Source of the DNA: Podarcis filfolensis
Lineage: Eukaryota
Direction: 5' to 3' (one strand)
Assembly (NCBI GenBank): GCA_964270895.1
Contig: OZ185437.1
DNA: 64,000 nt
Below, one piece after another: positions 33,124 through 46,354 of the stretch; within the stretch, counting starts at the first letter, position 1; every line of letters begins with the position of its first letter. The notes beneath the pieces are model-generated. The model did not search any database, was not told the origin of the DNA, and saw only the letters and a list, made by a program, of their open reading frames with translations. The translations under genes and the position numbers were made by a program.

Positions 33124-34897
33124 CCAACCTGGTGCTCATATGCCATGAAACTTCTCTTCAGAGAACACATGGCCTGTAATACCGCTGTTCCACTTCAGCA
33201 AACACTGGGCAACTTACTACAAGAAAGGACACCACTGGAGTTGTAATTGCTTTATTTGCCTCAGTACTGTGTTGCTGTGTTGAATTTAAGATTGAGACAT
33301 ATGATATACTACAGGATGTCCCCTTTCGGCCATGACATGTTTCCAGCCCAGCATTTGCCATACCGCTGTGTTGAAAATTTCCTCTCCATTTTTTCAACCA
33401 TTCTCGAGCAGTCAGTGAGGAAAGAAATTGCACTTGAAAATTATCACAGGGAAGAGAAAATGTCAGTGAAATTCTCATGGATAGAGTACAACATTATGGT
33501 GTACTTCTATTGCTTTTGAGACGGCCAAGTCATATTGAAAGTGCCCTTTCATTCCTTTCCAGTTCCAGGCCCTAGTTTATTAATACCTATGAAGGTTTTT
33601 AACTCTTTACCATGACAAAGTCTATTGTCCATTAATATACAAAAAAGTATTTTGCCAGATCGCATCTCTTATTTAATCATATTTGCAGCTCTAAGCTGAG
33701 AGAGTGGGTCACATTTTAGTCCAATGCACAGGAAAACAAGTTGCGAAACTTACCAAACGCCAAAAACATACAAATATCTACATTTGAGGCCCAGCCCAAA
33801 TGTGCATTAGCCCTGCATGTATATCACATTGCAGTTGGAATGCAAATGCTAAAACCTAAATCCCAGGACTTGTGTTACACTTCTGGCACAGGGGCTGCTG
33901 CAACCCTGCTCCTTCCTGCACCACAAGGAAATCTGAGAGGCGCAGCAGCAACTTCCCCCGGTAATGCAATTTCCTAAGGTTTTATGCTGGCACGCAAATA
34001 AACCATGGCATGAGGATCCTTTGGGGTGGCCCAAGTAACCTTCTCACATCATACTAGTGGCATGGAAAGGAGTGGTACCACTGTGGTCTTCATATGGCTG
34101 GGCTAATTTTACTGACCCTTTGCAGTTCTTCGTTTGATATGCTATTTCGTAAAAGCACTACAAATCTGCTCTGTCTCCTGCTGGGATTGTAATGAGGCCT
34201 TTTCAACCAGCAAACCTTTCTAAGCATTAGGACCCTTTCAAGTTTTATGCTTTAACACTGGTGTGCAGAATCTCTTTTAGCAAATCTGCACCAGGATGCT
34301 TTTCAGATTCAGGATATATGCTATCTCTGAGCTAGGGGATTTCTCCCCTAATTCCCTCCTTCCACCACCTCTCCCGCTTTGTACTGTCTGCTTGATAATT
34401 GGTTTGGCCAAACACCTCCTGACTGTGCTTTGTATCTATTCTACTAAAAGGGGAAAGGAGCCTTAATCTGAGATACAGGTTTACTTTGGGAAATAGCTGA
34501 AGCAGCAAAATACACTTCTTGTAGAGTTATTGAGTCATTGGTGTAGGTTTTTTTTATTGCTATTAAAAATAAACAAAAGTGATGTTATAATGATGTATGA
34601 ATTCATCTCACAAGTGCTGCTATGGGAGTGGTGGATCCTTTCTAGCTGTGGAAACAAAGACTAGACAAAGATATGTTGAATCTCTTCTAGCTGTGTAGCT
34701 CCATTGGCACCATCAAGTAAGGAGAAAGCAGACACTAAGCAGAAAGGCAGCACCCAAAAGTCAAAAGAGCAGAGAGGCAAGATTATCCATTGTGAAATTT
34801 TCCCCACAGGGTGGGGGACAAAAGAGACTCTAATGCTGGTGGCAACTGAAAACAAACAAACAAACAAAAACACTTAGAATACTATTTTGGCATTAAG

Positions 34898-34899
<2 letters not shown>

Positions 34900-34959
<60 letters not shown>
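34900..34959. repeat. Compound (CT)n(GT)n microsatellite
   Basis: Direct read. Confidence 0.95.
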
Positions 34960-34960
<1 letters not shown>

Positions 34961-35364
34961 CAGCTAGGGAAGATGTCATCAGAAGAAAATGACCAAAACG
35001 TGCTGAGTAGATCGCATTTTAAAAACACAGGGCAGCATCCAATGGACTTGTTCCATTAGTCCAAGGATTTACATTTGTGGAATGAACCCTTTCTTCCCTC
35101 TTCTCTTCCCACAAGCATCCCATGCACGCCCCCAAATCAGCTCTGTATGAAAACCCAGAACAGATTTAGGAGGCACACACAGGAATAGGAGAGGGAGGGG
35201 AAGTTCTGTCAGGCAGCCCAAAGTGCATGTGCTGACAGAATGCATGCAGTATTCCACAGGAAAAATCTGAGGCTTTTTCTGTTTTGTTGAGAGGGAGGGG
35301 GGAAAGCAGTCCCGCCAATAATTTGAGTGCAGGTTTCCCATTGCAACACAGAACATATTTCCTA

Positions 35365-35486
35365 GGAATGTGGTGGAGTCTCTTTCATTGCAGTTCTTAA
35401 AGCAGAAGCTGGATATCCAGCTATCAGGAATGTACCTGGACAGGCTTGGACTAAGTGGACTCTGAGATCATTTCCAACTCAATGAT
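35365..35486 (+). mobile_element. Old CR1 LINE 3' fragment
   Basis: GTGGTGGAGTCTCTTTCATTGCAG...AAGCAGAAGCTGGAT...TTGGACTAAG...TTCCAACTC resembles the CR1 3' end. Confidence 0.6.
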
Positions 35487-36653
35487 AAAGGTAACCTCGA
35501 TTTTCCCATTCCACTTAAATCAGCAACCAAGTTTGACACAGAAATGCTAATCAATCTTTATTCATTTATTGAAGCTGGCACCAGCCAGGAAGCTACAGTG
35601 CTGTTGATTCCAATTGACAGTTTTCCCCACACTTAATTGCACTGTCAGTATCCACAGCGGAAAAATAAAGTCAAGAAGCCATTTAAATGGAAAATACAGC
35701 ATCAACATTATTCAGAACACATGCCAGATTTCTATTGATTCTGTGGCGAGACTGCTTTTTCTTTTTCCTCTAGATATACACAGAACATAGCTTGAGTAAG
35801 AATGCACTATTACTGTAAACCAGTGTAAATTCACATTAGGAACCAGTTACGCAGGAAACTTTATATTCTACCCTGAAGTTCTTATAGGCTAAATAAATAG
35901 TCAAAGGTGCAACGTGAATTTTCTGGAAAATGTGTAGTCATTGTACACTGAGTTTGCCCGTTGAGATCTTCAGATTGTACATGGCTATCTACTCTGTCAC
36001 AGTTGTTTAGCTGATTCATGGAAATGGCAGCGAAACTGAGACACTGCTCTGAAGCAAGTAGTCAGTTGTTCTAGAAGAGTAGTCCTTTGACCTGATCTAG
36101 GGCCATGTTCGCACTTGATGCGTACTTGGGAGTTCCTACACGAGTGGTTTCCCCATTCACTTACATTGAAAGTGACCGGCTCTGAGTGTGAATCTCTTTG
36201 TTTGCACACAGTTGCCCCATCCATTGAAATGAAAGGGCAAGTTCTTGCAGAAGGAAGAGCATCGCCTTGAGCGCTAAAATTCTGCAAGAGTTTGAAGGAC
36301 CAGGACCTCTGCAGCTTTGTCTGTCTCTTTCATAACATAGTCCACAAATAACATAGCATGCACCCGAGTTACTTTTCCCTATCCAGCAGGGAAGAGCTGC
36401 ACAGAAGTCTGCAATCTCCACATATTGTGCATGTTGGATTGTGGTGCTGCGGTATAAGGGCTCCTCCGGATAACCTGTTTATTGAGCATTCATCCCGATT
36501 TGCTTATGCAAAGCTTATGCAAAGGCTAGGCTATGTGTAGTCTTTACTGGGCATTTGTTCTGATTGGTTTGGGTAGTATTTACCCATCTTCCCATTAACT
36601 TGCCACACATTTTTGTGTGTGCAGAGAAGGGTGACCAATTGGGTATGTTTAGC

Positions 36654-36700
<47 letters not shown>

Positions 36701-36701
36701 A
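36654..36701. repeat. (GAAA)n microsatellite
   Basis: Direct read. Confidence 0.95.
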
Positions 36702-36868
36702 GGCTGATCGCAGAAGAATTGATGCTTTTGAATTATGGTGCTGGAGGAGACTCTTGAGAGTCCCATGGACTGCAAGAACATCAAACCTATGCATTCTGAA
36801 GGAAATCAGCCCTGAGTGCTCACTGGAAGGACAGATCCTGAAGCTGAGGCTCCAATAATCTGGCCACC
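36700..36868 (+). mobile_element. Bov-B (RTE) internal fragment
   Basis: KADRRRIDAFELWCWRRLLRVPWTARTSNLCILKEISPECSLEGQILKLRLQ. Confidence 0.92.
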
Positions 36869-39800
36869 AATAAATAATTTTGGCCACCATCAAAATAATT
36901 TGAGCTTAAGAGACTCAAATGATAAGAGAAACAGCCCCAGCTCCAGGACTGAGGGGGCTCAGAACAGAGTGGGTCCCCTGGTGGATCCCCTCCTGCCTTG
37001 TATTGGTAGAAGGCAGCATTCTGAATTGGTGCTGGCGGCCATTTTAACTTCCCAAAATGGCTGGGTCGTTATGTTGCATCAAGTGCATTGCAGGAAGTTA
37101 AAATGGAGTCCTCCCCTCCCGGTACAAGGGGTCAGGGTAGGCATCACCAGCACAGAAATGGATCCTGGCAGATGCCTAAAGGCACCATGTGCTGAAACCA
37201 GGCCTGCTGAGAGCTTTTCCTAAAACAGGTTGGATGAACATATTTTCAGCAGAGAGAAGAAATCGATCTCCCTGGTTACATAAAAGAGCTCCATCCGTTG
37301 TGAGTCATTACCCATAAAAGCTGATGGAAGAACTGATTTTTTTGGGGGGAAAGCAATCAGAGGTAAATGTACCCTCTCAGTATGGCTTATTACAGCCCAA
37401 TAATGTCAACACTAAATGGAAAGACAAGCAGATATTTACGAACGCTTTTATGTACAGGTGGGTCACCGGTAGGTAATGATTGTACTATTTTGTAATATTA
37501 TCAGGCTTTCTCCTTGTGTTCTTTTCGATTCCTAAGATAAAAGTCTATATACTGGTGCAAGGAAATAACAGATGCATTCAGTGACATATGCTACAACCTT
37601 TCACATGACTTAGTAGTCAAAGAATGGTATTTATAATAAATCAAAACTTTTGTTTGTACTCCTGGGGTGCACAAATGCAAAGCAGTTTGTTGTAAGTTGG
37701 CTGAAATAATTTGAGTGGTGCTCAGTTGTAAATAGACTTTACAATTCCTTGTTCATTATATCTGACTGACACTGTTTCTCAGGTGAACCAATAATTCCAA
37801 ATGAACAACACTTTTTGACAGAAAAAGAACCAAATTAAAATACGTAGAGATGAACAATTATCCAATCTTCTATTCACAGTACTAATAAAGGAGAACTATG
37901 AAATATCTTAGGGGCATTTGGTTGAATGGGGTTCTTTTTTTGTTTTATTATACCTTTACAAATATAATTTGAATCAATGCAAATATTAACTGATTCTTAG
38001 GAGAGTTGTTTGGAAAGGTAATTTTACCAGATATCATCTGTTCATGATGATAATGGTGGCAATGAGCTACTTCGCCCTCCTCTGCTTGAAGGTGGGTTGC
38101 TGTCAGCTCTGACACTTGTTTTGCCCCTCACCGGCAAACAGCAGTCCCATCAAGTAGGCAGAGCACATCACCTGCAGGAGAGGCAAGGCAAGCCCGCCTT
38201 CTCCTCTTGCCCACCTGCACTATCATTTGCTGGGACTTCAGTGCCACCTTTCCAGATTGCCTGGGAGAAGTTGGCACGGGCACATTGGCAGAAGAGGAAA
38301 TGGGCAGGGAAGTAGAGTTCTGTGGCATTTTATGTAGGCTAACACAAAATGTTAAGTGCTAATATATGCAAATGTTTTCTGATGTCCCAGGGAATTTCTG
38401 GTTCCCCTCCTTTGCCTCCCAGGCCCCGTTTTTAACCCCAGGCAAGGGTATGATATACTCCCTGCACCACCTATCCTGGTCCCTGTCCCAAAGCACACAT
38501 CATGATTAATGCTCAATAAAAAGGACATCCAGAGGGCTAAGAAAAACACTTCTACTGAACAAAAGTCTGCACTGTAAAAAGTACTGAGTTTTGGGGGTTC
38601 GAAAAGATTAAAACTAGATTGTATTAGATTCTATTATTTTTCAAGTGGCTTTCACTGATTTATATATGATTGTGCAGCTCCTTTGATTGCACTCAAATGC
38701 ACTCCACTGTAATATTCATCTTACAAAAGTCCACAAAAGGGGAAGTCTTGAATAGTTAGCATAGTTAAGAGGCACTTTCTTGACCCAACAGTGGATTTAT
38801 GCTAGGTAAAAATGACAGATTAGCAGCCATTGTTAGTCGCAGAGTAGACCCACTGAAATCAGTGGACTGAAGTCCATTGTGGTTTTAATGGGTCTACTCT
38901 ATGAATATGACCTTGTTGGATATCACCTACAATGTGCATAAATGCAAATTCCCCCCCCCAGCAAAAAAAAAAGTACTGTGGGGACATTTTTGTTTGCTCA
39001 AGGCAGGTGGCAAATAGCAGCTGACGGGGGGCCGCAGTGGGTGCAAAGGGTTAAAGTTACCCCACATTCCCAATCCAAGTTGTGGCTGAAATTAACGTTG
39101 CACAACTGCAAATTATGTGACTAACATAACATCTAGTTTGGCCTGAATTGTGCAATGGAGTGATCCAACGAACACAGCTACCGTGCAACTTCCATTATTT
39201 CTATAAGCTTGCATACCAGCCCTGTACTCTCCTACCGAAAAGATGGAAATTGGACAGCAAGAAAGAAAAACAGATTGCAATGAATTTAGTGTAGGTAACA
39301 ACTATAGGAGGGCGCCATAAATTTGCAAAACATGGCAGGCTGCCATCCCCTACAAATTCTTGGAACAAGATAAAGTCATTCATATACTTAACAGATGTCA
39401 ACTATAGTAAAACATTGCAAAAATGCTACTCATAGCAAATCCGGGTTTGGCTCCCTGCTCGCAGCGTAATTGACTTGGCAAATGAAAAGAGGTAATCTGG
39501 AGTAATAAAATGTACAACAGCAAGACCACACACAACGATGGACCTCATTGACGGCTGCAAATATTTATACAACACTAAAAAAAAATTGGCTTGATTAAGA
39601 TGTAAGAATATACTTGCTATCTTTAGAACTCTGAAGTCAGTTTGCGTCCAACGTGGATTGAAATAACAGTTGAAGATAGTGCAACTTGCGACCCGCCAAG
39701 CTAAATTTCAACTCAACAAACTCCCTTGCTTTTGCCCATCCAAGGCAGGCAACAAAGTCAACATCAATTTTCAAAGAGTGTCCAAATTGTTTTAAAGTAC

Positions 39801-41004
39801 ATGACTGCTGGCCTGGCAGTCAGCTTTATAAATATGTAGCGCACACACAGTTCCACTGCTGGTCATTCTGTTCCTGACAGGCTGTGCTTTCCTGTGTCGC
39901 TATCACAATACATACATACATACATACATACATACATAATCAAAATCGCCATACTGGGCATGGTCACAGCTGCTATCAAGGTTCAGCACAGCCTGGGCCC
40001 CTGCCGAACAACCATAACCCAGAAGAGGGTTTACCAAAAAGAGGTGTTTCAACCTGCTCCCCCTTTTGGCCATTGGAAACTGCTAATTTACCCACCTTTT
40101 CCCTCAGCCCAGAGGGAGGGAGCAAGCAAGCAAAAACTTGCTGTGCTGATAAAGGGGAGGAGCAGCTGCCACTTCTTGCATCCTTATTGGCTCTCTGCCT
40201 GACAAGCAAGCCGATGGCACCAAGGGAGAGGACAAGGAGAAGGAGGAGGAGCAGTTGGTGACAATATTGGTGGAAGAGGAGTGCTCCCCCACTAAGTGTC
40301 TCACCCAAGGGCCCCGCAAAACCTGGAGCTGGCATTAAAGCATGGGGGATATTCCTTATGAAATACGATCCTTACATGCTCAGAGCTGCCATTAATCTTG
40401 TCTTAGAAGAAGCTTATGAGTCTCTCAAACAAAGGCTATTTAGTCAAAGCTTTCTACCTTTCTTGGTCAGGGTGCATGTCTTAAAACAGGATGACACCAG
40501 AAACCACCCACCTACACAATTGTGGAAACAAACCTGTGGCTTCTTAAAGATGAGCATGTCTGACATTGGTTTTTGTGTTCCTCTCTACAAGAAACTCACC
40601 TCAAGGGGTGCTCAGATGAATACACAGGCATTTGGATTTTCCACCTCACTCCTGTAAACCAACATGCATGTCTTCACTGACCTCTAAAACACTTCCTTGA
40701 GGTGGCCCCACGGGCAGAGTGTTAACATCACTTCAGGAGCATGATGGGGACCAATTCACAGAGGCCTTGCACTTGTAGCTGGGAAATTTCCAGGGGCCCA
40801 GAGAAAATACGGAGAGGGTTTCATCAGGTGACCAGGCCCAGGAACTTACACTGTGATCTTAAATTTTCTACCGCCATGGACATACAATATTGACTATTCT
40901 GCACCCCCCCCCCCCTGGTTTGATTTGTCATATGCTATAGGTTTACCTTATGCAGCTATAAACAAGGTAATGCATATTGACAGACAAATAGTTAACTTTA
41001 CAGC

Positions 41005-41106
41005 TCAGCTACTGAAAGATGCTTGCGCAACTTTAGAATTTGTTTGCTTGTTCAAGGCAGTGCAGATGAAGTGACCGGCTTCCATAACTTTGAAAAGATT
41101 CACACC
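41005..41106 (-). CDS. HMGCLL1: HMG-CoA lyase-like 1, last coding exon
   Basis: Minus strand ctcttttttag|GGTGTGAAT...; [33 protein letters not shown]; 102 nt. Lacks the C-terminal CKL of HMGCL; synteny fits HMGCLL1. Confidence 0.93.
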   Translation of the reverse strand, partial: GVNLFKVMEAGHFICTALNKQTNSKVAQASFSS

Positions 41107-41162
41107 CTAAAAAAGAGACAAACAGACAGAGATTTTATGCCTAGTAATTCATTCTAATCATT

Positions 41163-41166
<4 letters not shown>

Positions 41167-41198
<32 letters not shown>
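41167..41198. repeat. (GT)n microsatellite
   Basis: Direct read. Confidence 0.95.
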
Positions 41199-41201
<3 letters not shown>

Positions 41202-41498
41202 ACACATGCATATGGGGGGTGTTAGCAAACTCTACCCTAAGACTAAGATGGGTGAGCTGTTCAGAGAATCCAAAACGCAACCTACTTAATTCGGATTTAA
41301 GTTGGTATTCCATGCACACTTACACTCAGAGATGAATATCACTGAAACTGATGAGCTCATTTCTAAGTAACTGTGCTTAAGTGTGCGGTAAACACTCTAA
41401 AAATCTGGGAAACTTTGAAATCATGAAGGGATTGTCTTCTCGTAGTGTCACAATTTTCTGAGATATGCTGTGTAGCAACTCATGATAAGGCATCCTCC

Positions 41499-41980
41499 TG
41501 TCAGGGACTGGGCAGAGGAAGAATGGTGGAGACCACCTCCTCAGCCTGACGCTTCCAGAGAAGAAGAAGACAGTTCAGAATTACAACAGGCATTTGAGGG
41601 AGGTCACAGATCAGAGACAGATGAGGGGGAAAGTTGGGAAATAATGGGAGAGGAGGAAGAAGAAGCACCAGAGGGGCTGACGGACACAGTGTCTTTAGAA
41701 AGCATTCCAAACTCCCCCTCTCCCAGAAGCCGGCAGGCATTGAAAGTAGGAGAGCAGAAAGCTCAGAGGCAGAGGGCACTTCTCAGCACCTGTAGTGATG
41801 ACACATGAAGGGAGAGAGGGAGGAGGTGGAGACTCACTCAGGGCAACGCCATTACTCCAAGAGGCTGCATTTCTAAGCCTCTCTCTGTGAATATTGAATA
41901 AATAGCATTGGTAAGAACTGTCCTTGTCTTATCCGTTCCCGGCTACCTGCTTGGGGGGTTGGATCCTCTGACACCTGACA
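41499..41980 (+). mobile_element. Solo Ty3/gypsy LTR (LTR-C, 482 bp) in the last HMGCLL1 intron, antisense to the gene
   Basis: TGTCAGGG...CCTGACA; AATAAA in the 3' part; TSD CCTCC/CTTCC (4 of 5); the 3' end is confirmed by the related fragment at 49816-49935. Confidence 0.85.
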
Positions 41981-44414
41981 CTTCCGTAGGATCACCCTGA
42001 CTTTGGAATGCCCTCTCCTCTCAGGTGCAAGCAGCACCAAAACACTGATGGGAGTCGTGATAACAGTAAAAACACAGCTGCCCATTCAAGCATTTGATTC
42101 AAGTAGTGCCTCTTGCTTGGATGATGTAGTTATGTTGCTAGAATACTGTCTGTTTTCTACATTAAAGCTGTTTTTAAATGAAGTATTGTTTTATTGTATT
42201 TTAATGTCTCTTGCTCTGGGGTTGTGTGAACAATGAGGAGAGGTTTATAAATTATTCAAATAGATAACATGTGCTTCAGTTTGAAGTGTAACAATACCAA
42301 ATACTATTTCTGAACCCTGTTGATTTTGGTACACAAATTTGACAGGGTTGGGAAAGCACTTAAGCCACCTCAAATCATATTTTTGCCTCCTGACAAATAT
42401 CCCCAGATGTTATAGATCTGTGAGACCAAGCTGACCTTTGGAGCACCGCAAACTCTGCCTGCAGATGTTCTCAACATTTCAGTTTTCCTTCAGCTAACTG
42501 ACACCTCAACGAATCGTTTTCAATGCCTTTCTAAAACAGGCATTAGCCGCCACCCCAATGAGCAGAGCCCATTGGAAAACGCTGGCAGGGATTCAAAAAG
42601 CATTTCGTTCATTGTGTCCCTCTCAAACCGACTTCAGTCAACAAAGCAAGAACAGGAACATAGTGGTGAGAGGAAGCGAGGAGATAGAACAGATCAAAGG
42701 TAAACATGAGGCAACATTCAGGATTTGTAAGTGGTGCCTGCTGTCAAGAGAGAAATGCTACAGGACATGAAAATGATAAATTCTCAGAACTCTCAGATCT
42801 AGTACTAGTAGTTGTTTGGGGAACTGGTGCTTTGGGTTTTTTGAATGGGGGTTCTTTTATTTTGAAGGGACAAGCTTGGGTGTGTATTCCCATCCTGAAT
42901 ATATTGGCTGGACGTGTATGCAAAGTCATATCTTTATTTACATATTGTTATTTGGGAGCTTGTTGAAGACTTTCCTTTTTCAGCAAGCCTTCTAAGTGGA
43001 GATTGATACCCCATATGGTATCTGTAGTAGAGGATTTGAAACTGATTTCATTCGTTCATTTTGTTGTGGCTTGTTTAATTTGTGATTGTTTTTCGCATTT
43101 GCTTTGAATTTGTTTTAATAAGTGCAATTGTTTTAACTGTTTTTAGATACGCGGTCCTTTTATATACGTATTGCTAACCGCTTTGAGATGCCTTGTGGGA
43201 AGTGATTCGTTGATAATAACAACAATACACGAGATGGGGAGAAAGATGAAATAAACCAAAGAATGAGAGCTGATTCCACACGCCTTTTCCATGGGACTGT
43301 CAGTGTTCCGGAGGAATCAGTTCCAGGGGAAAGATCCATGTGAGTGGCCATGCTCACATGTCTGAATCATTTAAATGTTTTCCCAGCCATTGCATGGGCA
43401 ATGCATGGATAAGCAAGTTCTAATGCAGCCAGGAGGATGCCCAAAGAGAACCTTAATGAATCCACATCTTGGCCGGCTAAGAAGCATCCAGTGCTGTTCC
43501 ATGCGCATAAGAAGCACAAGAGAAGCAACTCAGTGGTAAACTATTTATAGGGGGGAAATCAAATTTTTATCTCTAACACATCCAGGTAATTGAATGGTTG
43601 CAGGTGGTGCTTAAAATAAATTATTGGAAGGGATGGAGGGACAACTATTGTCTTAAAAGTCTATGGGATCGCAGGACTTGTCCCCAATCGAGGGCCTCCC
43701 ACCTTCCTCCCTATTATTTGATTCATGACTGAAGATAGTAGATTCATGACTGAAGAAGCCTTCCATTGCAAGGTGGAGTCAACAGTACAGAACTACATAA
43801 ACCAATGGTCTGATTCTATATAAGGCAGCTTCACCTGCTCACATTTTTGTCATTTTCATCCATGTACTCCAGAGTCCAGTGTGTGTTCGCATGTATATAC
43901 CCAGTGCTTTTTTTCTTAAAAAAAATGTTTAGGCGTACTCTCCTTTTCCTACTCATATTGAAATACTGCCCCTCAATGAGGCCAAACTTAGATTTGCAAA
44001 ATGTTTAGGGATATGTGTACCCCTGCGTACACCCAGGGGAAAAAAAGGGCTGTACATAGCAGGTACTCTATGAATGCTAGCCGACAACCATTGTTAGAAA
44101 GCAGCATATCTAACTACCGACAGAGAATAGGATCCCACAGCAGCCGCTCGATGCAGATAGGAGGCCTTCTGCTAGCAGCAATAGGATTCCAAGCAAGTTT
44201 ATTTTCTCATAACAAATGCTTGCAAAGTCATCCTTTCGACAGGATCAAAAGCAAGCTAAATGGTCTGACGTTTCCCCAAAATGCATCAGCATGATTCATA
44301 CCGATATGCCCAGTTGCTTGTGTATGTACTGAAATCAACATAGCGAGCAAGACTTCCAAGCCATAGTTTTAAGAAATCTGCAAAAGTTTAAGAGGTACAT
44401 GAGAAACAGCTTAC

Positions 44415-44540
44415 CGTATTGATTCCCAAGCCATTCAGCATATATAGCACATCTTCTGTGGCTACATTGCCTGTGGCACCTTTCGCATAGGGGCAACCTC
44501 CTAAGCCGGCAGCAGCAGAATCCACAACATGAACTCCCAT
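44415..44540 (-). CDS. HMGCLL1: HMG-CoA lyase-like 1, penultimate coding exon
   Basis: Minus strand tttttcag|ATGGGAGTT ... AATACG|gtaagc; 126 nt; [42 protein letters not shown] contains the HMG-CoA lyase GGCPYA...GNVATED signature. Confidence 0.95.
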
Positions 44541-44765
44541 CTGAAAAACAATCAAAAGCAATAATTCTCAATTCAATATGCTCATTGGAGTGGGCTGAAC
44601 CAAAAAAAAAAAAAGAAGGCCAACACACATAGAGAGCATTTTCTGCATTTTCGGGCAATTTCTCTTCATTTTCTGTTCTACATTTAAACTTGTGTTTTAT
44701 TGTGGCTTATTTTAGACAATAATTTGAGTTATCTGGGAAGGTTAACACATTCCTGCTTTGTTATA

Positions 44766-45008
44766 CAGTCGTACCTTGGACGGAATCCGTTCCGGTAGTC
44801 CGTTCAACTTCCAAAACGTTCAGAAACCAAAGCATGGCTTCTGATTGGCTGCAGGAAGCTCCTGCAGCCAATCGGAAGCCACGGAAGCCCCGTTGGATGT
44901 TCGGGTTCCAAAGAATGTTTGCAAACCAGAACACTCACTTCCGGGTTTGTGGCATTCGGGAGCCAAAACATCTGAGTACCAAGGCATTTGGGATCCAAGG
45001 TATGACTG
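44766..45008. mobile_element. Tc1/mariner (Tigger-like) MITE, 243 bp
   Basis: TA|CAGTCGTACCTTGGA ... TCCAAGGTATGACTG|TA; internal 21-bp-arm hairpin at 44836-44880. Confidence 0.9.
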
Positions 45009-45127
45009 TATATTTGAACCTACCATTTTTTAAAAAATCATAATTTTTGAAACATATTTGTACATTCTTTTACTACCACAACCTGCTGTGTGACCATAGG
45101 ATGAAAGAGATGGGTAAGGAATCCAAA

Positions 45128-45189
45128 TGATGATGATCATGATGATGATGATGATGATGATGATGGTGATGATGGTGGTGATGATGATA
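45128..45189. repeat. (GAT)n/(GGT)n microsatellite
   Basis: Direct read. Confidence 0.9.
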
Positions 45190-46154
45190 TCAATAAGCTC
45201 TGGAGAACCAGTAGCTTAAGCTGATGTGTTCAAAAGCAGGGAAGGAACCATCCACTAGGTGGAAAGCAATCACTGGAACCTCAATGTTCATATATATATA
45301 TGCTCTGAATTGCAGCTGTGGACAGAACAGAGGTTTCAAGCTTTTGATCATAGATGAAAATAATTTTCTAAGTGTTTCTCAAACAGATCATCACAGTCAT
45401 CTGCATCCATCTTCTCTTGCATTTGGCATGTTTCCCCCACTGCAATCAAGCAAAATGGATTTTTTGGCACTCAGTTTCAGCTTAATCATTGTGTGGGCTC
45501 CTTCAAATATCTGCAGACAGTGTAATTTGAAGTTTCATTTGAAGCTAACAATTAAACACATACACCCCACTGGTCTGAATAGCTTGGAGTCAGCAAGCCA
45601 ATTGCAGCCTGGGCTGTATTCTGGCCTGCCTGGTGTTTAATTACTTCCACATTTTGGCATACAAAGACACCCAAATTGAAATGCTTATGGAGTTCATATT
45701 GGACTTTCCATGTATGGACTGTGGTTTTGGGACACGGTACTATAAATTAAATCTAAATTATTATTCTTTATTAACTGCCCTTCACCCTAAGGTCCCAGGG
45801 CAGGTCACAACATTTAAACACAATGTTCAAAGCTGATTAAAACAACTTACAATAAAAAATAAGGTGGATATGCATGATGTGAATAACTTATTTTGCTATG
45901 ACGCTTTGTTAAAAAAGAAAAACAAGATGAAAACTGTTCCTTCACTGACCACTTGGAGTCACTGTTGCCTCAAGATGTGCCATTTTCTGTTTGTGCTACT
46001 GATAACTGGACAACTTTTTCTGTTTAAGCTGCTGGCTAAGTGGACAGTAAGATGTCCCCATTATTCAGCATTGGGTTTTTTGAAGATAGGATGTTCAAAC
46101 TAGCAGAGGGGGGAATGTGCCACTTCTAAGGGCATAAAAATGGCAGCTTAAATG

Positions 46155-46354
46155 TAAGCTTGCCATATGTCCTAAATTTCCCAGACATATATCCGGAATG
46201 CTGCGGTCTGTCAAATGTCCAGGAAAACCCAGATGAATGGCAGCCCATGTTGGCAGTGCCATTTTTGCTGATTTCCCTTTAAAATAGTTCAAAAAATGGC
46301 ATTTATTTATTTATTGCCGCCCAGATTTTCACTGTTTGAAATATGGCAACCCTA
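46155..46354. mobile_element. Degraded hAT (Tip100-like) MITE
   Basis: Ends TAAGCTTGCCATAT / ATATGGCAACCCTA; no clear TSD. Confidence 0.55.

Noticed and set aside
37039-37106. 14-bp perfect inverted repeat CCATTTTAACTTCC/GGAAGTTAAAATGG
   Set aside because: Typical internal palindrome of a decayed MITE; no independent evidence of function.
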